Assembly: GCF_009914755.1 (NCBI RefSeq)
Contig: NC_060926.1
Source: the human T2T-CHM13v2.0 reference genome, Homo sapiens
Direction: 5' to 3' (one strand)
DNA: 64,000 nt
Below are positions 1-17,273 of this stretch, piece after piece. Made by a program: the position numbers and the translations under genes. Position 1 is the first letter of the stretch; each line of letters begins with the position of its first letter. The notes beneath the pieces are model-generated. The model was not told the DNA's origin, did no database searches, and saw only the letters and a program-made list of their open reading frames with translations.

Positions 1-533
1 TTAAATAAGGAGAACCAGCTACCATCGAGCACCCTGCTAAATGCTTGACGTTCATGATCTCTCTTCCTTGGTGTGGTTCTACAGGCCACACTTTACGGAT
101 GAGGCTGTGGAGAGCCAGGCAGGTTTAGTAAATCGCCCAGGGTCCCATAGCTAGAAGGGGCAGGTCTGGGATTAGAGCCAGCCAGGCTGATTTTGAAGGC
201 TTTTAATCTTGGTGTCAGCCACACTCTTTGTGAATGGGAGCCATACCTTGGAGCCGATCCAAGGGAGCTTGTCACCCTGCTTCTCAGCCCCTCTGGAGTT
301 CTGGGGACCCCGCCATTTTGTGCCTGGGTTAATTCCTCAGGTGACCCATATGTCTCTTGGGGTATGCCACCACCTCTGTCCTGCCTACTGGCCTTCAGGG
401 CCTGCCACTCTGGACATTCCCATGGTCTGGTGACCAGGACATTGTCCTGCTGCTCAAGCACCCAGGCACCTCCCCCGCCCCCACTTCCCTGCCACCAGGA
501 AGCTGGGTCAGCTTGGCCTCTGTCTCCTGTCAG

Positions 534-1526
534 CTCCGGAGATGGTGAAGGGAGAACCCATCGGCTCTGCCACGGACATCTGGGGAGCGGGTGTGCTCAC
601 TTACATTATGTGAGTGTCCCCTACCCCACCGCAGCCCTCTCTGCCCATATAGTGAGCTCCCGGACTCACCTTCTGCCAACACCCTCTCCCCCGTGCCCCA
701 CCTCCCCTGTACACACATCCACACTGCACACTCACACTCAGGTGCACAGTAGCATGGCCCTGAGCACTGTGCACCTGACACTAATGTCCTTCTGGGTCTG
801 GGTGTTGGCCTCCGGTCTGCATATGTCAATCAAGCTATCTTCCCCAACAGGCTCAGTGGACGCTCCCCGTTCTATGAGCCAGACCCCCAGGAAACGGAGG
901 CTCGGATTGTGGGGGGCCGCTTTGATGCCTTCCAGCTGTACCCCAATACATCCCAGAGCGCCACCCTCTTCTTGCGAAAGGTTCTCTCTGTACATCCCTG
1001 GTGAGTGAGCCCCACACCTGCTATCCCCCAGTGTTACCTGCCCCTGGCCTGGCCTGTGCCAGAGATCTCCCAGCTCCTCCCCTGCTCCTAGGAAGAAGTC
1101 TGCTGCTTCTACTAAATGGTCATACTACCCACCATTTAAAGCCTGAGGCAGCCCCGTGCAAGGCAGACTCACTGTCCCCATTCCGGAGACTGGGGAACTG
1201 AGCTCTTGAGCTGCCCAAGATCACACATGTAGGGGTGGGATCCAGGACTGGGACATGGGTCTGCGGGAGGACAGAGCCCCGGCAGCTCCCAGAGCTTCCT
1301 TCCAGGTTCATCATCCCTGGCTCTGCCTGGCAGGAGCCGGCCCTCCCTGCAGGACTGCCTGGCCCACCCATGGTTGCAGGACGCCTACCTGATGAAGCTG
1401 CGCCGCCAGACGCTCACCTTCACCACCAACCGGCTCAAGGAGTTCCTGGGCGAGCAGCGGCGGCGCCGGGCTGAGGCTGCCACCCGCCACAAGGTGCTGC
1501 TGCGCTCCTACCCTGGCGGCCCCTAG
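534..1526 (+). CDS. SPEG: SPEG (striated muscle enriched protein kinase), last three coding exons; C-terminal kinase domain; 5'-partial
   Basis: Exons 534-609, 851-1000 and 1334-1526 have AG/GT boundaries. They splice in frame to (A)[44 protein letters not shown]...[15 protein letters not shown]...LRSYPGGP*, i.e. kinase subdomains VIII-XI. Stop TAG at 1524-1526. Confidence 0.97.
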
Positions 1527-2349
1527 AGGCACGGACCACAGCCAGGCCTCGGGCTTCAACTGGGGTTCCCACCAATGCCACGGGACATTCCAGGGCCCAC
1601 GCTGAGCCAGGAGGGCCTGGGGCTTCGGTTACCACCAGCAGCAACATCTGGCTGGGCTCTTACCTCATAGACCTTCAAGGACAGAGACCCCAGGGCCTGG
1701 ACCTGATGCCACCCCAGGCCAAAGCCAGAGTGGGAGACCCATTGGTCAGGCTCAGCAGGGTGGGAACAGGCAGAGGGACAAGAGGGGAATGGAGAAGTGG
1801 AGAGGAAAAGGAATCGAGGGACAGGAAGGGGGAGGCTCTAGGAAGGTTCTGGGTTGGGGGTCAGTGCATCTCAGGGAGAACCAAGGAAGGTGGGCATGGC
1901 TGGAGAGGAGGAAAAGGAAGGAGCCCCAGGTGTCAGGGCAGTAGGCTGGGAGTCAGTGTGGCAAAGCGGGGGCAGGACACAGATACAGTGGCAGGGGCCC
2001 AGGGCTGGGACATGAGAGAAGGCAGCGAGGCGGCAGAGGGAGAAGAGAGGACTCAGGTGGAGGTGGGGTGGGTCAGCTGTCAGCATCCCTCAGAGGAGAA
2101 ATGTGGAGAGCTGGAGGCCAGCAGTCACTCACACTCGCTCTGTCCTCCTGTCCAGTGGATACAGCCCTGGGCGCTCTGCTGGCCCAAGGATGTCCCCACT
2201 GCCCCTCCATGGCCTTTGGCCTTCTTCCCATTCATATTTATTTATTTATTGACTTTTATGAAGTTTCCCCTTCCATCCGATCCCTACTGCCCATGTTGTC
2301 CTGACCATCCCTCCCAGCCATCCAGCTGTCTGTCTGTCTGCCACAAGGA

Positions 2350-2355
2350 AATAAA
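2350..2355 (+). terminator. SPEG: SPEG polyadenylation signal AATAAA
   Basis: AATAAA about 820 nt after the stop, followed by a GT-rich element (ctgtgtgtct). Confidence 0.8.
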
Positions 2356-2861
2356 AATGGCAAGCAGCATAACCTGTGTGTCTATTGGGAGGGATGGCTG
2401 GAGGGGAAGATGGCTGGTGAGGGGTGAGTCCGGGACAGGGGCATTTAGCCCTCTCTGGGTATTCCCCAACACACACATTCAGGAATATACCAGCTAGCAC
2501 TTTGGGTCCTTCCAACCCCCTCCCGTGACCCTCCTGGCCCCTCACCTCTCCTTATTCCTGGAGGGAGGGGAGACTGTGGTCTGCTTCTCCCCTTGCAGTT
2601 TCCGGAATGTTGGCAGATCCACTGAACCCCTGCAACCAGGCTCTAGTAGCCCCCACCTCTTGTCACGTGTTCCCTCATCACAATGTGGGGGATGCTGGGC
2701 TCTGAAATAGGCCAGCCCTCACCCCAATCCTGGCTCAGCCTTGTTCACTCTCCCCAGAAGACAGGCAGGAGCTCTGGTCCTGACCCCTGGAGCAGAGTGG
2801 GTTTCATCCTGATGGTTGGTGAGAGTAGGTAGTGTGAGGAGCTGCAGAAGAAACCAGGACA

Positions 2862-3114
<253 letters not shown>

Positions 3115-4639
3115 CTAGGACAGGCTCACACCCCTTGCCCTCCATGTCACAGCACATATCAGAGCACATGGAGAGCACCAGCTGGGAGTGCTCTAGTCTG
3201 CTGTGTCCAGCATTTTCCTAGGGCTGAGGGACACACCAGCCTGGACCTTCTTGTCCACATGGCAAGTTAGGAGGTCTGCTGGGTGCTAAAGCACCTCAAT
3301 TCTAGCCACACCCCTGCAGTGCCATAGAATGGTCACTGGGACCTAGGACTGAGCTGCTCTGCCCTGAGGTTGGGGACGAGGGATTGGGGGGTTGGCAGGG
3401 ACCCAGACCTCCTTGTCTCCAGAGGAAATGTTTCCCTCATCCCCACCTTCAAAATTCTGTTCTTGGCAAAGTAAAAGGAACAAAGCCTCTGACCAGGGTA
3501 GACAGAGTTGTCACTGCTGTGTTGCTGATGGAGGTTGAGGGCCCCTTGGCTCCAGCCCAGACAACCCTTTTGCCCAGCCCAGCCCAGCCTCTCTAGCTTC
3601 TCAGGACCCCAGGGAAGAGGCAAGCCCCATCATCATAAAATAACAGGATGTTAAAGCCAGCTGGAAGGGACCAGAACGACACCTTGCCTACCTGTCATTT
3701 TAGCGATGAAGATATACAGTTTGCCTGTAAGAATCTCCAATCCCCTACACACTGCAAGTGTTTTGTATAAAAATGAGGTGCCTGAACTCATATCTTGATA
3801 AATGGTAAAATTCCTCTCCCGTCCCCGCTCTGATCTTGAGCTCCCTTCCCATCTCCATTGGAAATGGCATGTGAACTGCTTGTTCCAAACCCGGAGGAGC
3901 AAAGGTAATTTATGTCAGCAGAGCTATGTCAAAATTGCTCTGATCAAAACGTGACAGTGCCCCCACACTAGGGCGGGTAGTTCCAATGAATGGAAGCAAT
4001 GCTTCTGCCCGGTGCCCGGCCTGGGCAGACTGGCCTCCAGGCAATCCCCAGAGGGGTTAACTGAACCCCTTCACCCCAGGTGGTCTGATGCCCCTATGCA
4101 CCAATTTATGCCCCCAAAAAGGAATTGGGCAGACCTAGGGTTGGGGCCAGTAGTGGTGCTAATCTCCAAGGACAGTGCAGTCTAAACAGCCCCCACCATG
4201 TGACATCGAGGGGAGTGAGTGGGGATGGGGAAGGCATGGAGGGGCTGCTATTCTCAAAAATCTTTCCCGTCCCCTCCCGGTTTATCTCAGTTTACCGCCA
4301 GGGGGCACAGTGTGGAAGTGACAACCCTGGACTCCTGGGGTTGGGGGTAGGGGAAGAGTAAGGAGCTTCTGGATTGGTCTTGACAGCCACGTGGCCCTGT
4401 TGCCGTTAGCTGTAGGGGCCCTGAGGACCAAGTCCGATGCTACTCTGGCTGTATTCAGGGAAACCCCAGAAACACTCAAACCCCTTAACCAACAGGGTGT
4501 GTTGTCTGACTATCCAGAGCCCAACCTGATTGAAAAGCTGCCCCAGCAGGAAGCTGGATCTCTTGTCAGCTAGGGGCTGAATCTGGTCCTCCTGGGAGTG
4601 GGATGGATACCCCCTGCCCTGGGAGGGGACAGGGCAGCA

Positions 4640-4962
4640 TCCAGCTGTCCAGCTGTCCAGGTGCTGACGCAAGGTGCACCTCAGAGCTGCTCGGGTTTCT
4701 CCCCATGGGCCTAGCCCAGCGGCTGAGCCAGCATCCCAGGCATCCACAGGCTAAATAAAGAGCCTGCCTGAGTCAGAGGGAGGCGGATGGGGCCCCGGGG
4801 GGCTTGGGGCAACCACGCCAAACAAGGCAAGGAGGGGAGCGATGTATAAAACCGGGCCCAGGGCTGAGCACCTGCCTGCACCCCTACTGTGCCATCCAGA
4901 AGGGCTCTGTGCTGCCTGCAATCCAGCCAGTCGACTCAAGTCCCTAGGTCAACCCCTCCACG
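4640..4962 (+). promoter_or_regulatory. SPEGNB: SPEGNB promoter and probable non-coding first exon
   Basis: E-boxes at 4642, 4650 and 4658; MEF2-like CTAAATAAAG at 4751; TATAAA at 4845-4850; donor CG|GTGAGT at 4962/4963. The next acceptor lies immediately before the ATG at 5099. Confidence 0.65.
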
Positions 4963-5098
4963 GTGAGTCTGATCCTCAGAGAAGCCGCAGACACCCCCAT
5001 TCCTCCATCTCCCTGAATGTTCTGACCAGGGAGGAAAAGGGCTGAAGGTGGGAGCCTCTGTCTCAACCTGGACCCCCATATTTGTCGCCCACTCCCAG

Positions 5099-6934
5099 AT
5101 GTCTAAAGCAGCTCCTGCCAAAAAGCCAGTGGCTGTGGCCCCAGCTCCTGGATGTACCCTGGACATCAATGACCCACAGGTCCAGAGTGCGGCCATTCGT
5201 ATCCAGGCCTCTTACCGGGGCCACAGGTGAGAGGGAACCCCGGAGCCCTGTGGAGGAAGGGAGCTGCAGAGAGCGCACTCTTGAGTGGGGTTTGAGTAAG
5301 CGCTGAGCAGCGTCAGGAGCCTTTAGAATGAGTGGTCTCAGGGGAGGGTCGTTACTGAGGTATGGAGGAGTGGCCGGGAGGAATGCATCATCCTATCAGG
5401 GCAGCAGTTCAGGAGCAGTCCTCTTCCCTACCAAGCCACACGTTTAGGGGTCTGGCGGGTCCAGGGGGCAGGTAGGAGATGGTGCGCTCGCGGTAAGGGC
5501 TGTGGCCAGGCCTGTCTTAGGAACTCTGGGCCCTGACTCGGCCCGCGGGTAGGTCCCGGAAGGAGCTGCGCGAGAAGGGGCCGCCGCGGGTGCTGGAGCC
5601 GCTGAAGGACGTAGGTGCTGATCGAAGGCAGCGCGGCCAAGCTCACTTGCCGCATTTCGGCTTTCCCGGACCCATTCATCCGCTGGAGTAAGGACGGCAA
5701 GGAGCTACGTGACGGTCCCAAGTACCGCTACGTCTTCGAGGACCCTGACGTGGTGGCACTGGTGGTGCGCGACGGCGAGCTGGCAGACCTGGGCCAGTAC
5801 AGCATCAACGTCACCAACCCCTTCGGCCAGTGCTCCGACTCGGCGCGCATCCTCGTGGAAGGTACGCGCGCCCCGGGCGCAGCGCCAGGGCGCAGACCAG
5901 CACCACTCAGCCAGAGCCCGCAGCCCGGTCCAGCTGCGCGTGTTTACCTCTGGGCCTAGCTACAGGGTCCCCGCCAGCCCAGCTCTGGGCACGGCCTGGG
6001 GCGCATCGCCGCGCCAGCCAAGTGCGTCCTTCCCTACCTCGGGATCCAGCTCCACCCGGGCTGAGCAGTCAGCTGTGGACTTCCATCACGCGGCTCCGGG
6101 TCCCCAAGGTCACACAGCAAGCCAGAGGCAGAGCCAGGGTTGGACCCGGGTCTTCTGGCTCCCAACTCTGGCAATTTCCACTACCCGGAGCGGTCTCTGA
6201 GGCACCGCGAGATGTGTGAACATTCAGGGGCTTTCGCCCGCCTTATCTCTCTTGATCCTCTATTCGACCCCGAGAAGTAGGAGAGGCAGGGATAAGTCCC
6301 TTTAAGAGCCAAGGAGATGAAACCAGAGAGGCTAATGATTTGCTCAACGTCACACTGCGAGTTTAAATGCATCTGTATTTAGTGCCGGGTATTAGCCGGT
6401 GAGGTGATGCCCTGCCTCATCTCCGGGTCCTTCACGGGGTTTCGCTCCCCTTTCCTTCCGCTAGTCCCGACGAAGATTCAAAAGGGACCCGACAACACTA
6501 AGGCGCGCAAAGGCACCACCGTGACGCTGACTGCGGAGATCCTGGGAGAGCCTGCGCCCGACGTAGGCTGGACCAAGGATGGGGAGGACATCGAGGAGGA
6601 TGACAGGCGAGGGCCGGGACCTGCGGCACGGCCAGGGCCTGGGGCTGGAACCTGGGTGGGACTGAGCCCAGAAATCTGGCTGGAGTGACGGGGGCGGGGA
6701 CTGGGCAGCGAGGAACAGAGCTGGCTAAGGAGCCCCGCCCAGTGCGCCCGTGTACTGACCACGGCTCCGCCCTCCTCCCCGCCGCCCTTCCGCAGGGTGT
6801 TCTTCGAGATCGGCAGCACCACCACGACGCTGACCATTCGCCGGGCCACGCCTCAGGACAGCGGCAAGTACGAGGTGTACGTGGAGAACAGCCTGGGCAT
6901 GGACCAGAGCTTCGCTCGCGTGGACGTGGCCTGA
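5099..6934 (+). CDS. SPEGNB: SPEG neighbor protein (IQ motif + 2 Ig I-set domains); this allele is frameshifted by one extra base near 5613
   Basis: Coding exons 5099-5226, 5553-5861, 6465-6606 (GC donor) and 6796-6934. Removing one base near 5613 gives 717 nt = 238 aa (MSKAAPAKK...IQASYRGHR...SFARVDVA*). As written, the frame stops at TAA 5689-5691. Confidence 0.9.
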
Positions 6935-7009
6935 ACGGCACCCCCGGACCTTCCGCCCTGGCGCCGAGCCCGGGGGTGGTGGGACCCACAGCCCTCCACC
7001 AGCTTGCTT

Positions 7010-7015
7010 AATAAA
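7010..7015 (+). terminator. SPEGNB: SPEGNB polyadenylation signal AATAAA
   Basis: AATAAA 76 nt after the TGA. Confidence 0.8.
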
Positions 7016-7559
7016 GCTGCTCTCTGACCCTCCGCGTCTGTCCTGCTCTTCCGCGTCGCCATTCCCTCTCCCCCGCACCAGCGCCCACACGTATTCCAGA
7101 CCCCCACGCCAAGGTCACAGCCTGTTGGAGTCACAGGGAGGTCTGGAGAGCGCCTAGCGCCGTGCTGCATTTCAGACAGTCAAACTGATAAGAGTTGCCC
7201 TCGCCGTCCAAGGCGCCCTCACTTCCCAGCGGTACCGCCGGCTGGGCCTGGGACTCCGCCTTCTCCGCTTTTGAGCGCCTCCAGCCCCAGCCCCTTGTGG
7301 CTGTTTGCCCCTGGCCCCGCCCCTTCCAGGGCTGGCCACACACCCCTGCTGTCCTTAGTCCCGTTTTCCTGTGGGACCCAGTTCCTCACTTCGGCTGCTG
7401 CCCCGAGGCCGATTCCCCAACAGCTCGGGTCCCAGTCTTAAGTTCCAGGCTGGGCTTCTCAGGCCCCACCCTTCTTCGCATTTAACCCCGCCCCGCGATC
7501 CCTTGGTCACGCCCCTGGACTTCAGCACCTCTTTCCTCTCCCATAAAGTTAGAAAGCGG

Positions 7560-7683
7560 GTAAAGGGTCAGACTACAATTCCCGGCAGACCCTGCGAATG
7601 AGTTCTCGCGACTTGCGAGAAGACACGTGCGCGGAAGGAGCTTGCAGTAGCGGGCGGCAGAGCTGGAGTGAAGGGAGCTAGTG
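7560..7683 (+). promoter_or_regulatory. GMPPA: GMPPA CpG promoter and short non-coding exon 1
   Basis: ZNF143/THAP11-type ACTACAATTCCC at 7572; TCTCGCGA at 7604; ETS-like CGGAAG; donor GTG|GTAAAG at 7683/7684. Confidence 0.7.
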
Positions 7684-8390
7684 GTAAAGGGAGCTGGTGG
7701 AGGGGTGGCGGCAGGGGTAAGGGGCAGGGGACACCCTCTAGACGGAGAGCGGGCTCCGAGGTCCTGGCTGGCCCTCGGTGCGCCCGCCCCTGTGTTGGTC
7801 CCACAATCCCTGGCAATGAGAGGCCAGGGTTTATTGGACAGAGTCAGTTGTGGGGTTCAGAGGGTCAGCAATCAATCAATCCTCCGAATCCAGAGATTTA
7901 GACCCAGTCGTCCGTATTAGGACTGGAGGGGGGTCAATAGGTTCAGTGTTTGAGATGCCAAGGGAACCTGTCTTTTGATTTGGGGTTCAACATACAGAGG
8001 TTAGTTTTAGGATTCATGTTTAGCATATAGAGGATTTTTGCTGGGATTAGGGGTTCTTCAAATTCAGATCAGTGTTAGTTCAGTACTTGGGGATTACGTT
8101 CAGGATTTAAGTTAAATATCTGAGGCTCACTCAGGGTTTGCTGTCCAATATTCAGGGTTCACTATTGGGGTTCAGGGCTTAATATCTAGAATGAAGACGC
8201 AACACTTTGGGAATTTGAGGCTTCAGTATTTTGAGGTTTGGGTCTGAGAAGGGAGTCTCTGCCAGGTTTCTGAATTTGCAGAATTTGTTCATGGCCAGAG
8301 GGAAGTCTTTTAGAGATCAAATTGTGGGGTGTGAATTTCAGAATTTGGGAGGAATCACTGTGAGGTTTGAAGGCCGACTGGAATCTGGGT

Positions 8391-8698
8391 TGGGATTTGA
8401 GATGTGTGGGATTTGTGAGGTTCTGTCCAGGCAGGGACTATATTGAGCTTTGGGTTTACATCTTGGGGGAGGGCTAAGTGCTGCTATTTGGGGTTTGGGG
8501 TTTGGTTGGGGTGTGAGATCTGAGCTTGATTTCTCTGCTGGGATTTGAGATGTGTGGGATTTGTGAGGTGTTGGGTCCAGGCAGAGACTATATTGAGCTT
8601 TGGGTTTACATCTTGGGAGAGGGCTAAGTGTTGCTATTTGGGTTTTGGGGCTTGGTTGGGGTAGGAGATCTGAGCTTGATTTCTCTGTTGGAATTTGA
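8391..8698 (+). repeat. Tandem duplication, about 148-bp unit x2, in GMPPA intron 1
   Basis: The unit tgggatttgagatgtgtgggatttgtgagg...gagatctgagcttgatttctctg occurs at about 8391 and again at about 8539. Confidence 0.9.
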
Positions 8699-8720
8699 AG
8701 TTTAGGTAGCAGTCACCATT

Positions 8721-15543
<6,823 letters not shown>

Positions 15544-15712
15544 GTAGGGCTGCCAGAAGGCCCCCAGCTCCTACCCACTCCCCTTGAGGCTGCTGCCTGC
15601 TTGGCCAGCCTCTGTCCAGAAAGGACCAGAGAAAGCCAGGCTGGATCGTCACATGCCGGGGAGCAATGTGGATGGCCTGGGGACTCCTGGGTTTTCTCCC
15701 TCCCGACTCCCT

Positions 15713-15718
15713 AATAAA
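15713..15718 (+). terminator. GMPPA: GMPPA polyadenylation signal AATAAA
   Basis: AATAAA 170 nt after the stop. Confidence 0.85.
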
Positions 15719-17227
15719 CCCCGTGAACCTTGGAGCCAGCACAGACTGTACTTATGTCTGGGCTGGGGGTGGGGGCGGAAGCGGGGCAGCTGAGTCAGGC
15801 CCCCCCACATTAGCATTTAAATTGGAGTCGTTGCTGTGGGCTCATGAATAATGAATCTGGAGCCCTGGTAAATCTCCCCCTCCCACTGCCTCAGCCTCGT
15901 GCTGCTCGGGAGGAAGGCCCTCTAGGCTCCCCTGCCAGCCTGGTCCCCCCCTTCACCCCTGCCTCCCTGCCTCCCTGTTCCTCCTCACCGGGCCTGGCTC
16001 AGGCCCCCATGTGCAAGGATTCCGAAGGGAAGGGTGAAGGATTTTGGTTGGGCAGCAGGCAGAGGAACTGGGGCCACAGGCCTAGAGGCTGATCCCCACA
16101 GCCCGCTCTGCTCGGTTCCCGCTGAGCCCAGCCCTGGCCGGTTTTCCGCTTTGCCAGCTCCATCTGCTCCCAGCTTGGCTTTTGGCAGGGTGGGGGTTTT
16201 GCCTCTGCCCGAGGCCTCATGTCTCTGTCTTCTACTCCCCTGGCAGGCTGGGTGGGCCTGAGCTGGTGCCATTCTCTTCGGAAGCACAGTGGGAGGTACC
16301 CTGTTCTGGGAAGGCCCTCACCACCTCCTGTCCCCCTGGCCCTGCCCTTTGGTAGGTCTCAGCCCTCCTCTCCCAGCCATCTCTCATGTTTGCCCATGAC
16401 CCCCATGTGCCCCTCTTGGTGCCCCCCTTCCCCAGCTGTGGGTGTGGAGCTGTGTTGCCAGATGAGCTGGTAATGATCGTAATCTGCTAATTGAGAGGAA
16501 TCTAATTACCCGAAGAGAATGGGGGGTGCAGGGCATGGGTGGGAGAAAGGAGGGGGTCCTGGCAGCAGGCAGGGGTGGCAGGCAGCAGGGTGCTGGGGCC
16601 TTGTTATCAGCACCAGGCTCTGGGACAGAGCCCAGGGTTTCATAGCTTCATAGCCCGGCAGTTAGGAAGCTGCGCCTTCTCAGGAGCTGGACTGAGGTTG
16701 ACTTGGGGATTGGGCCAAATGTGACCTCCCAGGCCCCTCAGGTCCCGTGGGCTGTGTGCCAGCATGTAGGGAACGATCTACACAGTGTGGGGTTTAGCAG
16801 TCCTGACCTATAAGCTGTCCCTAGTTCCTCAGTTCCTCCTGTCCTGGCCTCCAGCCCAGACCTTCATTATCTCTCTTCATGGGAGTGGGAGGGGGCTGCA
16901 GGTCCCCACTCTGGGCTGGGGTCATCACCCCAAGGAAGGGGCTGGGAGAGGGTGGGCCATAGGACCAGGGGCTAGGTCCCTTCCCTCTCCTCCCCCCTAG
17001 TCCTGACCCTTCTGTTCCGAGTGGTTGGCAGAGGCCATGGCAGCTCCATCATAAATATGATAATTTAATTATTTTCTCAGCAAAACACCGTGAAATCCAA
17101 TAAGTCTGTGTCAGGCCCTGGCCCCCGGGATCCCCCTCCTAGACCCAGTGGGGGTGGGGACATGGTGGGGAGAGGCAGTGGAAGGGGAAAGGGTCAGTGT
17201 TTGAAGGGGGGTGCCGCTAGCAAAGCT

Positions 17228-17273
17228 GAGGTCTTTGTAACATGCCCCCCAGAGGTCTTTGTAACATGCCCCC
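17228..17273 (+). repeat. 24-bp tandem repeat x2
   Basis: gaggtctttgtaacatgccccc occurs twice in direct succession. Confidence 0.9.

Noticed and set aside
193-1008. 271-aa ORF on the + strand
   Set aside because: Crosses SPEG introns and exons out of the kinase frame; no domain signature.
1706-2497. 263-aa ORF on the + strand
   Set aside because: Lies in the SPEG 3' UTR and runs across the poly(A) signal; low-complexity chance ORF.
5611-5620. New AG created by the extra A (GTAG|GTG) as a rescue acceptor
   Set aside because: Joining CAC AG to GTGCTGA gives AGG TGC TGA, an immediate stop, so the Ig frame is not restored.
17228-17273. Direct repeats as a CRISPR-like array
   Set aside because: Two adjacent copies without spacers in mammalian DNA; a simple duplication.
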